In this document: piece after piece, positions 27,346 through 38,913 of the stretch
Position numbering within the stretch: position 1 is the stretch's first letter
Layout of the letters: each line of letters begins with the position of its first letter
From: an uncultured Candidatus Saccharibacteria bacterium
GTDB lineage: Bacteria > Patescibacteriota > Minisyncoccia > Phycocordibacterales > UBA2100
DNA: 55,220 bases
Assembly (NCBI GenBank): GCA_964462785.1
Contig: CAYWZA010000005.1
Coordinates: 1 to 55,220 of the forward strand
Direction of reading: 5' to 3'
Notes under the pieces: generated by a model
Database searches by the model: none
The model's input: only the letters and a program-made list of their open reading frames with translations
Told to the model about the DNA's origin: nothing
Position numbers and translations under genes: made by a program

Positions 27346-27570
27346 TCATGAAGCCTCCTCTTCCCTGTCGGCATGTGCTTTCATAATGTATTCACATCCG
27401 TTCTGTATTGTATGTTCAGTTCCACATATCTCGCTTGCGAGAATGTCCTTTCCAACATCTTTCCGGTGTAGCAACACACTGAAAAGATCTGTTCTTTTGA
27501 TCTTTCTCATCATTGGCGGGACGCAACCCGGGATATAATGCGTTTCGTCAATGAGCATCCACTCTGGCAT
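27346..27570 (-). CDS. Possible small hypothetical protein
   Basis: 74-codon ORF filling the gap, converging on the palindrome; no recognisable motif. Confidence 0.35.
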   Translation of the reverse strand: MPEWMLIDETHYIPGCVPPMMRKIKRTDLFSVLLHRKDVGKDILASEICGTEHTIQNGCEYIMKAHADREEEAS

Positions 27571-27614
27571 ACACTACGTGTCGGAGAAATTCCTGAAACA
27601 CTCAGGATAGGATA

Positions 27615-27660
27615 GCACAATCACGCGCCTTGGAATATTTCCAATGGCGCGTGATTGTGT
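27615..27660. repeat. Intergenic hairpin
   Basis: cacaatcacgcgcc-ttggaa...tccaa-t-ggcgcgtgattgtg. Confidence 0.6.
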
Positions 27661-27770
27661 TTTGACATGGACTTCATGAAGTCGCATATACTTCCCGTCA
27701 CCATTTCCTTATCCAACCATGCCATACTCTTCCTGTATCGTTTATTAGCATTAACATGGCATATAAACGT

Positions 27771-27920
27771 ATGAATAAAGACAAAGAGAAGAAGAGCGGG
27801 TTGACATGTCCTTCGTGCGGGTTCGAGGCAAAGAGTGCTGACGAAATGCAGGCACACATGAGAGACACCAAGGAAGATCCGGCACATACTGCAGCAGCGG
27901 GAGTTTTCGAGGGTGAATAG
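27771..27920 (+). CDS. Small C2H2-like zinc-finger protein (49 aa; not in the ORF track)
   Basis: MNKDKEKKSGLTCPSCGFEAKSADEMQAHMRDTKEDPAH...; followed by a terminator. Confidence 0.65.
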   Translation: MNKDKEKKSGLTCPSCGFEAKSADEMQAHMRDTKEDPAHTAAAGVFEGE

Positions 27921-27936
27921 CCCCTAGGGGATGAAG

Positions 27937-27965
27937 AAAAGCCGGCGGAATTCCGCCGGCTTTTT
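27937..27965. terminator. Bidirectional intrinsic terminator
   Basis: aaaagccggcggaattccgccggcttttt between convergent genes. Confidence 0.85.
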
Positions 27966-27987
27966 GGTTACTGCTTGATTGTCACAC

Positions 27988-29892
27988 TCACTGAGCGTAC
28001 CTATTATTCTGCCTTGCGTCATCCGAGGAGGTTGCCGCAATAATAGCGCGAATCTCCCTTCCACTTAATTCACTTCGCTTGAATAATTCCTCTGCAACCG
28101 CCACAACGTGTACACGATGCTTTTCAAGTAGTGCACGGGCATTCTCAAATGCTTGCGTGCACAATTTTCGAATCTCATCATCTGCCAACGCTGCAGTGTG
28201 TTGGGAGCAGGTATACATTTCAGGACCGTCACGGTTCAAATGCGCTCCACCAGTGCGTTCTTTCAATCTGGTGGGACCCAGAACGCTCATGCCCCAGAAG
28301 CAGACCATGCCCATCGCGATGCGCGTTGCCATACGAATGTCCTCATCGGCACCCGCAGACATATCACCGCCGAAAAACACTGCTTCTGCGGCGCGCCCTC
28401 CCATCAATACATCGAGACGTGCCTTCAAAACACTTTCCGGAAAGTGGTGCCTATCTGACTCAGGTAATTGCAGCATTACGCCAAGTGATGTTGTGCGTGG
28501 CACAATAGATACTTTCTCAACTGGATCGGTGCCCGTGGTATACATCGCAACAAGCGCGTGTCCGATTTCATGGTATGCAGTACGCCTTTTATCCGCTTCA
28601 CTCAGGGTCAGTGATCTGCGTGCACCTCCGAGCATCATGTCGTCGCGCACTTTCATCAGATGCCGCTGCGCCACTTTTTGTGCCGGCGGATCTTCTTCAG
28701 ACGCGGCGTTCGCCGCCTCTTCTACCAGCACTTTGATATCAGCACCGGTAAATCCCGGAATACTCAAAGCAAGCAGTGCTAATTCAACATCCTCAGCGAG
28801 CGGCGTTGTGCGGGTATGTACCTTGAGAATAGCCTCGCGTCCGCGCGCGTCGGGAGGTGGCACGGTGATTTTCTTGCTGATACGACCACTACGCATGAAC
28901 GCATCATCCAAATTTTCCGGATTGTTCGTCGATGCCATGAAAATGATCTCGGGATATTTATCAAACCCGTCGAGCTCACTCAACAGCGCGTTGGTTGTTT
29001 GCTGATATTCTCGATCACCACCGGAACTCACTGCTGTGCGTTTCGCAGCAATCGAGTCCACCTCATCGATATAGACAATGCACGGCATTTGCGCTTTCGC
29101 CTTAGCAAATAGTTCCCGAACACGGTGAGCGCCAACACCGACAAACATATAGGTGAAATCTGCTCCATTCATCGCATGGAATGGCACCCCTGCCTCACCG
29201 GCAACCGCCCGCGCAAGTAGTGTTTTTCCGGTTCCCGGAGGACCGATGAGTAGAATGCCCTTAGGCACCTTACCGCCCAGCAGGGTAAATCGCTGCGGGA
29301 ATTTGAGAAACTTTACTACGCGCTGCAACTCTGCTTTCGCCTCGTCCATGCCCGCAACATCAGCAAACGTAGGAAGCGTCTTTGCATCTCTGCTGCTCTT
29401 CCAGAATTTGAGATCGAACTCACCCTGCGGTCCAATGCCGCGGAAATACAAGTACACCCACATCAAAAAAATTGCAAACAAGACCAGTGTCGCATAATTA
29501 GGCTGCACCGTTGGTGCACCAATCGAGGACGCAAATGTCACATCGACACCGTGCCCACGCAACTCAGATACAGGGTTTACGAATGTGCTATTGATGCGCA
29601 CCGCAATCTGGTTGCCATTCTTGAGTACTCCAATGAGCACGTCAGGACTGATGACAACCGCCTTTATTTCCTGTGCCGTCACTTTCGACATGAATTCCGT
29701 ATACGAGACGATGGGCACTTGTATGACGGGCTCCGGCTTTCGTGTTTCCGGCCACAGAAAATGAACTGTCGCCCAGCACAAGGTGCCCGCAACGATCGTC
29801 AGATACAGACGCCGCCTCGTGCGTACGCGCATCGTAAACAATCGTGAGGCAAATGCTTTCACGCGAAGCCACATGGCTTTGACCCATTTCAT
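27988..29892 (-). CDS. ftsH: ATP-dependent zinc metalloprotease FtsH (divergent)
   Basis: 2 TMs, [24 protein letters not shown]...RSGR, AYHEIGH, GGRAAE; AAGGAG SD before MKWVK. Confidence 0.92.
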   Translation of the reverse strand: MKWVKAMWLRVKAFASRLFTMRVRTRRRLYLTIVAGTLCWATVHFLWPETRKPEPVIQVPIVSYTEFMSKVTAQEIKAVVISPDVLIGVLKNGNQIAVRINSTFVNPVSELRGHGVDVTFASSIGAPTVQPNYATLVLFAIFLMWVYLYFRGIGPQGEFDLKFWKSSRDAKTLPTFADVAGMDEAKAELQRVVKFLKFPQRFTLLGGKVPKGILLIGPPGTGKTLLARAVAGEAGVPFHAMNGADFTYMFVGVGAHRVRELFAKAKAQMPCIVYIDEVDSIAAKRTAVSSGGDREYQQTTNALLSELDGFDKYPEIIFMASTNNPENLDDAFMRSGRISKKITVPPPDARGREAILKVHTRTTPLAEDVELALLALSIPGFTGADIKVLVEEAANAASEEDPPAQKVAQRHLMKVRDDMMLGGARRSLTLSEADKRRTAYHEIGHALVAMYTTGTDPVEKVSIVPRTTSLGVMLQLPESDRHHFPESVLKARLDVLMGGRAAEAVFFGGDMSAGADEDIRMATRIAMGMVCFWGMSVLGPTRLKERTGGAHLNRDGPEMYTCSQHTAALADDEIRKLCTQAFENARALLEKHRVHVVAVAEELFKRSELSGREIRAIIAATSSDDARQNNRYAQ

Positions 29893-29944
29893 TGCTGTAC
29901 TCCTTAAAGATCGTCTATATAGGATAGTATCACCCGACACAGTC

Positions 29945-30042
29945 TAGAGCATGCTTCAAAACCCCTCCCTGCCTACGCCGTGCAGTTTCCTGCTGCGAGC
30001 ACGAGTCTCGGCTAGGGAACCCAGGTTTTTCAACAAGCTCTA
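29945..30042. mobile_element. ~98-bp MITE-like element with imperfect terminal IRs
   Basis: tagagcatgcttcaaaacc ... ggtttttcaacaagctcta (15/19 match), TA at both ends. Confidence 0.45.
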
Positions 30043-30090
30043 CTCATTTTTGACACTCGTTGGAAATTGGACCATAATTAAAAAGATACT

Positions 30091-31557
30091 ATGCCCCATA
30101 AAACTAGCGTGCAACAGCTGCTCGAATTCCTTACTGCATACCGATCGTACATCATCTTTGGCGTCGTGATTATCACAGGTGCATGGTGGTTTGTGTTCAA
30201 TAGTAACGGCGAGCATCTTGAAATACTCACAGTAAAGCGAGCGCCTTTCGAGGCTCATATTTCAGTGTCCGGCAAGGTGGTCGCCGCGCGGGAGGTTGAA
30301 CTCGGCTTTTCACAGAGCGGTCGTGTCGCTCATGTCTATGCCACTGTCGGAAAAAAAGTTTCAACCGGCACATTGCTTGCCGAAGTTGAGAACGGCGACC
30401 TGGTGGCAACGATCATGCAAAAGCAGGCGACACTCGACAAATTGGAAGAAGGCACCCGTTCGGAAGAAATTGCAGTAAAAGAAACTGCGCTCTCAAACAG
30501 CGAGCTCTCACTGTTTGAGACGATCCGCGATGCATACCGCGCGGGTGATGACGCCGTGCGCCAGGCGACTGATCAATACATCAATAACCCACGCACCACC
30601 CCCACGTTGAATTTCTCAACGACTGACGCACAGCTTTCTATCGATATCGCCCAGAAGCGCATCGCTCTTGAGGATGCATTGACCGATTGGCGCCTGCGCA
30701 TCGATGGTGACGCATCTGCGACAACACTTGCCCCGCTATCCAAGCAGCATCTCATCACGATCAATAATTATCTGGAGACGCACAGCGTCGTTCTCGCACA
30801 CGCAATCACTAATACAACGGTAACCAGCAGCACCATCAGCGGGTATGCCGCCGACGTTGCATCCGCCAAAAATAGCATTACTACGGCGCTCAGCGCCCTC
30901 GTGAAAGCTGAATCCGCGCGCGCAAGCGCCGAAAAAGATCTTGCGCTCGCACGCGCGGGGTCACGCAGCTCCGATATAGCTGCCGCGCGGGCAGATGTCA
31001 TGAGTGCGCGTGCACAACTCACCAAGACCCGCATCACCGCGCCGTTTGCAGGCACCATTACGCGCGTTGATCTGGAGCAGGGCGAAGTCGCCCAAGCGGG
31101 AACGGCGGTCATATCAATGATCGGCGGCTCATTCCAGATCGAGAGTTTTGTACCCGAAGTGAATATAGCGGCGCTTGTGATCGGCGACGAGGCGAAAGTG
31201 CTGCTTGATGCATATGGAACAAGTGTTCCGTTTAAGGCTACAGTAATCGCCATCGACCCCGCGGAAACAATTCGCGAAGGTATTTCAACGTATAAAACCA
31301 CGCTGCAATTCACAACAAGCGACGAGAGGATCCGCTCGGGCATGACCGCAGACATTTCTATCATTACCGAGCGCAAGCCGGACGCCATCGTGATTCCCCT
31401 TGGCGCAACAACCAAGCGGGGCGATACGACGTATCTCAAGATTTTTGAAAACGGTGTGGTGTCTGAGCGAGAAGTTGAGACCGGTCTTACATCATTGGGT
31501 CAAGTGGAAATTGTGAGCGGGCTTTCAGAAGGTGAGTCGATCGTGCTGAATCCATGA
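30091..31557 (+). CDS. Membrane fusion / periplasmic adaptor protein (MacA/HlyD-like)
   Basis: N-terminal TM, ELGFSQSGRV, long helical hairpin, ITAPFAGTIT, VPE.NI, GMTA, EIVSGLSEGE. Confidence 0.88.
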   Translation: MPHKTSVQQLLEFLTAYRSYIIFGVVIITGAWWFVFNSNGEHLEILTVKRAPFEAHISVSGKVVAAREVELGFSQSGRVAHVYATVGKKVSTGTLLAEVENGDLVATIMQKQATLDKLEEGTRSEEIAVKETALSNSELSLFETIRDAYRAGDDAVRQATDQYINNPRTTPTLNFSTTDAQLSIDIAQKRIALEDALTDWRLRIDGDASATTLAPLSKQHLITINNYLETHSVVLAHAITNTTVTSSTISGYAADVASAKNSITTALSALVKAESARASAEKDLALARAGSRSSDIAAARADVMSARAQLTKTRITAPFAGTITRVDLEQGEVAQAGTAVISMIGGSFQIESFVPEVNIAALVIGDEAKVLLDAYGTSVPFKATVIAIDPAETIREGISTYKTTLQFTTSDERIRSGMTADISIITERKPDAIVIPLGATTKRGDTTYLKIFENGVVSEREVETGLTSLGQVEIVSGLSEGESIVLNP

Positions 31558-32816
31558 ACATCCTGCTAAACATACAGGTTGGCTGGTATCTTGCGGTACG
31601 CCAGATAAAGCGCTCGAGCAAATGGACGACCAGTCTCATTATTTTCGTGATGCTGCTCACATTCCTGAATTTGGTCGTTGTCACCGGAGTCTTGGTGGGT
31701 ATCATTGATGGCATCTCAAATCTCTATCGCATGCAGGAGACAGGCGACGTGGTCATAACCACACCAAAGGATAAAAACTACATCGAGCACAGCCAGCACA
31801 TCATTTCTTTTTTGGAAACGCTGCCGCAGATTGAGCGCATGAGCCCGCGGTATACCGCCGCGGCGCAACTCGAGGCAAACTACAAAGAGCGTGCCGATGC
31901 AACCGAAAAGGCAAACATGACCGGCACGAGCATCGTCGGCATCGATCCGGATACCGAAGCGGCGTTCTCTCATCTTCCCTCATTCATTCGCGAAGGCAGC
32001 TATTTTGAGCCCGACGACTACGATGCGGTCATTATTGGTCCGCAGCTCATTGATCGATATTCCTTTGGTGGTGACGTCCCAGGATTGACTCCGCTCAAAA
32101 ATGTCTACCCCGGCACCATGCTGCGGCTCACTATCGGCGATATCGAGCGCGAGGTGGTTGTGCGCGGTATTATAAACACCACGGCAAATTCCCCGCTTGC
32201 GACTCGTGTGTTTATGCCGGCACAAGAGCTGCGCGAACTTATCGGGCGTGACGATTACAATGTCAATCAAATCGCACTGCGCCTCCGTCCCGGCACCGAT
32301 GCTGTGGTATTTCGCGATCTCCTCATCCGCAGCGGTGTGAATGAGACCGCGGTGGTGCAGACATTTGAGCAGGCAATCCCGAATGGCGTCTCTGAAGTGC
32401 GGAGCACGTTTGAGCAAATGGGCAACGCCATCAGCTCGGTAGGTTTGGTGGTTGCCGCCATTACCATTTTTATCGTCATTTTCATTAACGCACTGACGCG
32501 GCGCAAATACATCGGTATCCTCAAGGGTATCGGCATATCGGGCGGAGCAATTGAAATCGCATACGTGTTTCAATCCGTGTTCTATGCGCTCATTGGCTCT
32601 GGTATTGGTCTGGCGATTTTGTATGGATTTCTTGTCCCCTATTTCAATGCGCACCCGATCGTGCTCCCGATCAGCAACGCGATTATTGTCGCGCCGGTCG
32701 GAGAGACTTTCTTTCGCGTCGCACTCCTGGTCGTTGCCACGATCATCGCCGGCTACATTCCGGCTCACATGATCGTCAAGAAAAACACCCTCGATTCCAT
32801 TTTGGGTCGTAATTAA
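31554..32816 (+). CDS. ABC transporter permease (MacB/FtsX/LolE family)
   Basis: TM, large extracytoplasmic domain, RRKYIGILKGIG, 3 C-terminal TMs with YIPA. Confidence 0.88.
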   Translation: MNILLNIQVGWYLAVRQIKRSSKWTTSLIIFVMLLTFLNLVVVTGVLVGIIDGISNLYRMQETGDVVITTPKDKNYIEHSQHIISFLETLPQIERMSPRYTAAAQLEANYKERADATEKANMTGTSIVGIDPDTEAAFSHLPSFIREGSYFEPDDYDAVIIGPQLIDRYSFGGDVPGLTPLKNVYPGTMLRLTIGDIEREVVVRGIINTTANSPLATRVFMPAQELRELIGRDDYNVNQIALRLRPGTDAVVFRDLLIRSGVNETAVVQTFEQAIPNGVSEVRSTFEQMGNAISSVGLVVAAITIFIVIFINALTRRKYIGILKGIGISGGAIEIAYVFQSVFYALIGSGIGLAILYGFLVPYFNAHPIVLPISNAIIVAPVGETFFRVALLVVATIIAGYIPAHMIVKKNTLDSILGRN

Positions 32817-32832
32817 TCTCACTACCGGATAT

Positions 32833-33510
32833 ATGACTACCATCCTCGAAACAAAAAGCCTCGTAAAAACCTTCAAAACCGGCGACGTAGAGACGCGCGT
32901 GCTCAAGGGTATCGACCTCTCGGTGAAAAAGGGTGAATTTCTCGCAATTACCGGTCGCTCTGGAGCCGGAAAGTCGACCCTGCTTTATCAAATGAGTTTG
33001 CTTGATGATCCGACTTCCGGAGAAATCTGGATAGACGGGCGGGAGGCGCACACCATGTCTGAAAAAGAGAAGGTGCGTTTCCGACTCTATAAATTTGGCT
33101 ACGTGTTTCAGGATTATGCGCTGCTGCCCGAGCTCACCGCACTTGAAAATGTGGCGCTCCCTTTGTTTATGGAGCAGTATAGTCTGGCTGCGGCGCACAA
33201 GCTGGCGGAGGATGCACTCACCCATGTCAATCTCGGACACCGGCTTCACAGCGTTCCGAGCAAGCTCTCGGGTGGCGAGCAGCAGCGCGTATCGATTGCG
33301 CGCGCCATCGCTGAAAAGCCTGACATTCTTTTTGCTGATGAGCCAACCGCGAATCTCGACCGCGAGTCATCGCGGGGCATCATGGACATGCTTATTGACC
33401 TTCACAAGGGCGGGCAGACAATCATCATGGTCACCCACGAGGAAGAGTATTGGAAAATTGCTGAGCGCGTCATTGAAATTGATGACGGGCGTATTGTGGG
33501 GCAAAAGTAG
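32833..33510 (+). CDS. ABC transporter ATP-binding protein (LolD/MacB-like)
   Basis: GRSGAGKST, LSGGEQQRV, ADEPTANLD, VTHE. Confidence 0.93.
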   Translation: MTTILETKSLVKTFKTGDVETRVLKGIDLSVKKGEFLAITGRSGAGKSTLLYQMSLLDDPTSGEIWIDGREAHTMSEKEKVRFRLYKFGYVFQDYALLPELTALENVALPLFMEQYSLAAAHKLAEDALTHVNLGHRLHSVPSKLSGGEQQRVSIARAIAEKPDILFADEPTANLDRESSRGIMDMLIDLHKGGQTIIMVTHEEEYWKIAERVIEIDDGRIVGQK

Positions 33511-33521
33511 GCGGTCTTGCG

Positions 33522-33818
33522 TTAACTCTTCGTTTGAGACAATGCGACTGCCGCATCAAAATTATCTTCCGGCGCCATTGTGTTGCGCTTTTCGTATCCA
33601 CATCGCTCACAGCGGTGTGTGAGTATCCATTCATCGCCCACGCGCTCGACAGCAGCGGGCTTCATCATCCCCTTGCATGCGGATGCACGATCACCGGGAT
33701 GCGTGTCCACATGCTTACTCCACAAGCATTTCGGGCAGTGATTTGTGTAACCATTGCCTACAACGCTCGCACCGCAATGCTCGCATTGAAAATCTTCAAC
33801 AGTGCGCGTAAATGACAT
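33522..33818 (-). CDS. RNHCP-domain protein
   Basis: FQCEHCG, TNHCPKCLWSKHVD, PGDRAS.C.G.M.P, HRCERCG. Confidence 0.85.
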   Translation of the reverse strand: MSFTRTVEDFQCEHCGASVVGNGYTNHCPKCLWSKHVDTHPGDRASACKGMMKPAAVERVGDEWILTHRCERCGYEKRNTMAPEDNFDAAVALSQTKS

Positions 33819-33833
33819 GCCTGTACCTTATCA

Positions 33834-35720
33834 CTATCTAATGGTGATACTCAACTCTTTCACTGCTTCGCTCTGTAGCGCACGCACATCCGCTGGAGTG
33901 CACGCAAGGCGGAAGTGCATCTCACTCTCACCAAATGACGCGGGGACATGTACAAAATAGGTGCCGCTATTGCCGCGCCCGCGCAACGTGTTGTCTGCCG
34001 ATAGTTCCACAAGCTCACATGGTCTTCCCGAGGAAACACCAGTCGCCGCCCAAATAATCACAAATGAATCTCCCTTGTCGACTGTGTCCGGTGCAGCAAA
34101 AGAAATAATGGGGTGCACGATTGGCGCTGCAACCGGCTTGGATATTGCGGGTGTAGCTGCCGGCGCCGTAGGCGCCGGCGATGCGGCACCGGGAGCCGTC
34201 GGCGATTGAGCATCCGATCCCTGATTGCCCGACCCACTAAACAAGCGGGACACCAAGCCGAAAATTGATGTGAGCAAATTTGGTGAGCCACCCGCTGCAC
34301 TAGGGGAATACGAGGAGACGCCAGACACGCCCGGACTGCTCCACAAGCCACTCATGTACGTTCCTACGTTCGCCGCAGTATCTGACCAATAGCCACCCCT
34401 TCCAGTATTCGTAACGGGCGCATAGGGAACCTCGCCGCTTACTTGCGGGGCGACAGCTTGATTAAACCAACCCGCATGCTGCGCGGTTTCGTGTGGTCGC
34501 TGCAGAGAACCAAAATACTGAAAGAGTTTCCCTTGCCGCGTTACTTGGATGACGGCTTGCAATGCAGACTCAGGGTTCCTCACGTCTTGCATTGACCCTA
34601 ATCCATATTCACCCGGACAGAATTGTAAAATGCCGTAAGAGCATTCGCTGGGAGCAGCGGCATTAACATTAAAACTGGATTCTTGCTTTGCAATCATGGT
34701 ATACAATCGGCCCCATTCCTCAGCTGATCCGGAACGCAAAAGACCCAAACTTTGGAGCCGCGGGTCTGCATACCCATCGAGGCCGGCTGCTCGCGCCGCC
34801 TTAACTGCATGTGCATAAAAAGATACCGGGTCGACCTGACCACCCGCGCCAACGGGTATCGGTTGCGCACTCAACTGCGCCACCAAGGAGGGTCCGGGTG
34901 TCACTGATCCCGTCTCTACGGTAAACCCAGTGACCGCCGCGCGGCAGGTGTTTTCGAGGGCGCAAAAATATTCCGGGATTACTTGTGCCTTGGGTTGCGC
35001 CGCCTCCTGCATAGTTACAATCGAGTTGGCGAATTTTCGTGTGTCGAGATTGTATATGCCAAAACTCTCGCTCCGTAAGGTTCGTTTGATTGGTTCTGCC
35101 GCCTCTCTAATTGCAGCTTCATCTCCTGTTGCAATTGCATCTAAAAGCTTTTGCTTCTGAGCGGGTGTTGACCGTTTATCAAGTTCATCGAGATATTGTG
35201 ATGGAAATCCCGCTCCCACGAGTGCCCGCTGAATTTGCCCCTTACTAAGCGACGGCAATTTCGCGCTCTCAGGGATTGCCTGTGCCTTAAATGCTTCGGC
35301 AAGACTCTTGAATTTTTCTTCCACCTGTCTACCAGTACCACTACTTAGTGCGGCTGCAATTTTTGAAACTGTGTCTCCATCTTTTTTCGGTATTTTTGTC
35401 CCGCAGTTTTGTTGGTTTTCGTTACATATGCTGATAGAGCCGATCTGCCCCGCATCACCACAGGAAGACACAACTCTGATGTTTCCATCCTTGATGGTAA
35501 TTTCGTCGTTGGTCTCTTTATGCCGGAGCTCAGGCGTCTTATCGGGACTGGTGTCTGCGGGAACATTCTGTATGGCAGTATTTGGCGCTTGCGACTGCTG
35601 ATCCTTAGGGTGCGTTGCGCGCACGCTATCGATATATGCCTGACATTCCGGAGATGCTACCGCGCCCACCGCGAAGGGCAGAAAGAGCACCCCCACAAGT
35701 GTGAGTACAATGAATCGCAT
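33834..35720 (-). CDS. Secreted protein with lytic-transglycosylase (SLT)-like domain
   Basis: Signal peptide; IAKQESSFNVNA...SYGILQF motifs; Pro/Ala linker and C-terminal Ig-like domain. Confidence 0.6.
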   Translation of the reverse strand: MRFIVLTLVGVLFLPFAVGAVASPECQAYIDSVRATHPKDQQSQAPNTAIQNVPADTSPDKTPELRHKETNDEITIKDGNIRVVSSCGDAGQIGSISICNENQQNCGTKIPKKDGDTVSKIAAALSSGTGRQVEEKFKSLAEAFKAQAIPESAKLPSLSKGQIQRALVGAGFPSQYLDELDKRSTPAQKQKLLDAIATGDEAAIREAAEPIKRTLRSESFGIYNLDTRKFANSIVTMQEAAQPKAQVIPEYFCALENTCRAAVTGFTVETGSVTPGPSLVAQLSAQPIPVGAGGQVDPVSFYAHAVKAARAAGLDGYADPRLQSLGLLRSGSAEEWGRLYTMIAKQESSFNVNAAAPSECSYGILQFCPGEYGLGSMQDVRNPESALQAVIQVTRQGKLFQYFGSLQRPHETAQHAGWFNQAVAPQVSGEVPYAPVTNTGRGGYWSDTAANVGTYMSGLWSSPGVSGVSSYSPSAAGGSPNLLTSIFGLVSRLFSGSGNQGSDAQSPTAPGAASPAPTAPAATPAISKPVAAPIVHPIISFAAPDTVDKGDSFVIIWAATGVSSGRPCELVELSADNTLRGRGNSGTYFVHVPASFGESEMHFRLACTPADVRALQSEAVKELSITIR

Positions 35721-35727
35721 CTCTAAA

Positions 35728-35970
35728 TTATATCATCACAATTGCGTGGTTATTTGAGACTTCCACAACACCGGTGTCTACTTCGAATGCACGCTGCTCG
35801 CCTTTCGCATCGCGCACGCGAATAGTACCCGCTTTAAGTGTTGAAACCAGTGGCTCGTGGTGTGCAAGAACAGTAAATTCACCGTCCGTGCCAGTGAGCG
35901 TCACCGACTGGGCTTCGCCATCGAATTTTGTTTCCCCTACCGAGGCAATCGTAATATGTAATGTTGCCAT
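35728..35970 (-). CDS. atpC: F-type ATP synthase epsilon (beta-domain only)
   Basis: GEFTVLAHHEPLVSTLKAG, GVVEV; position after atpD. Confidence 0.9.
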   Translation of the reverse strand: MATLHITIASVGETKFDGEAQSVTLTGTDGEFTVLAHHEPLVSTLKAGTIRVRDAKGEQRAFEVDTGVVEVSNNHAIVMI

Positions 35971-35989
35971 AAATATAAAGGTGCCACCT

Positions 35990-37695
<1,706 letters not shown>

Positions 37696-37701
37696 ACTTA
37701 T

Positions 37702-38619
37702 TTACCGCATTGCTTCGATGCCGCTCGTTATTTCGGTGACTTCACGAGTGATGGCGGCTTGGCGGGCTTTATTGTACGCCAAAGTGAGCTCTTTGCCTAC
37801 TTCCTTCGCTTTGTCGGTGGCGTTTTTCATCGCCACCATGCGCGCGCTGTGCTCGGATGCTTTTGCCTCCAAGAGCGCGTGGAACACGGCGATGTTGAGA
37901 ATTTTTGGCATGATTGCATCAAATACTTCGCCTGCGGAGGGCTCGATGGTATAGACCGGCGGATGCGTCGGGTCGGAGCGCTTGATGCCGGCGTATTTGC
38001 CTTTGACCGGCGCGATACCAAGCACCATTTCCTCCATCATTTTTTTGGTGATGGGGAGAATCTGGCGCGCGACAGGCTTCTGCTCGAAGGTGGAGAGGAA
38101 ATTGGTGTAGATCATGATAGCATCACCCGCCTCCCCGCTTTCGCGCCACGCAAGAATATCGTCCGTAATTGCGCGCATGTCCTGCTCAGAGACGCCATCG
38201 CTCACGTTTTCCTTGCGATCACGCACATCGTATCCGCGGTTCGCGAAATAATCCGCGCCGCGGCGACCGATGCAGAAAAATATCGTGTTTTCTTTCGTGA
38301 GCTTGCGCTCGGTGAGCGCGCGCTCGACCTGCTTCACCGCGGCGCTATTTAAGGCGCCCGCGAGACCCCTGTCGCTCGTGACCACAATCACCACTGTTTT
38401 CCCTTCCCGTTGGCTCATGAGAGGATGCAATGTCACTTCATGGCTGCTCGAGATGCGTTCGAGAATAGAAAGCGCGGCGGCGGCGTAGGGGCGCGCGGCA
38501 AGGGCGCGCTCCTGAGATTTGCGCATCTTGACCGCTGAAACGGCTTCCATCGCGCGCGTCACTTTCCGCGTCTTTCCCACGGATAGAATCTTTAATTTTA
38601 TGTTTTTAAGTCCTGCCAT
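37702..38619 (-). CDS. atpG: F-type ATP synthase gamma
   Basis: TRAMEAVSAVK, TSDRGLAGALN, SEHSARMVAMKNATD, YNKARQAAITRE. Confidence 0.97.
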   Translation of the reverse strand: MAGLKNIKLKILSVGKTRKVTRAMEAVSAVKMRKSQERALAARPYAAAALSILERISSSHEVTLHPLMSQREGKTVVIVVTSDRGLAGALNSAAVKQVERALTERKLTKENTIFFCIGRRGADYFANRGYDVRDRKENVSDGVSEQDMRAITDDILAWRESGEAGDAIMIYTNFLSTFEQKPVARQILPITKKMMEEMVLGIAPVKGKYAGIKRSDPTHPPVYTIEPSAGEVFDAIMPKILNIAVFHALLEAKASEHSARMVAMKNATDKAKEVGKELTLAYNKARQAAITREVTEITSGIEAMR

Positions 38620-38621
38620 AA

Positions 38622-38909
38622 TTACTGGATCATTGTTGTACCGCCATGCCGCGCGGTGCCCATTCGTACGTAATCAGCTTTGCATTCATTCATGAGCTCA
38701 CGCAGCTCTGCGATTCTTTTATAGGTCTCTTGGATATCTTTTAAAAAGGCCTCCTTGTGCGCTTCGTTGGATTCCTGCTCCATTTTCTGTTTTGTGTCTG
38801 CAATATTGGATTCGAGCACTGCAATGTTGCTCGCAATTATTTTCATGGCTTCTTCCGCTGCAGCCTCATTGCTTCCTGATGGTGCCTGCAAGCCTTCGCG
38901 AGGATTCAT
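38622..38909 (-). CDS. Hypothetical coiled-coil protein inserted in the atp operon
   Basis: Fills the atpA-atpG gap; helical heptad pattern. Confidence 0.65.
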   Translation of the reverse strand: MNPREGLQAPSGSNEAAAEEAMKIIASNIAVLESNIADTKQKMEQESNEAHKEAFLKDIQETYKRIAELRELMNECKADYVRMGTARHGGTTMIQ

Positions 38910-38913
38910 ACGT

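Noticed and set aside
28079-29005. Long antisense ORFs (also 4456-5307, 8499-9383, 31980-32906, 53651-54640)
   Set aside because: They shadow well-conserved genes on the other strand and have no recognisable motifs.
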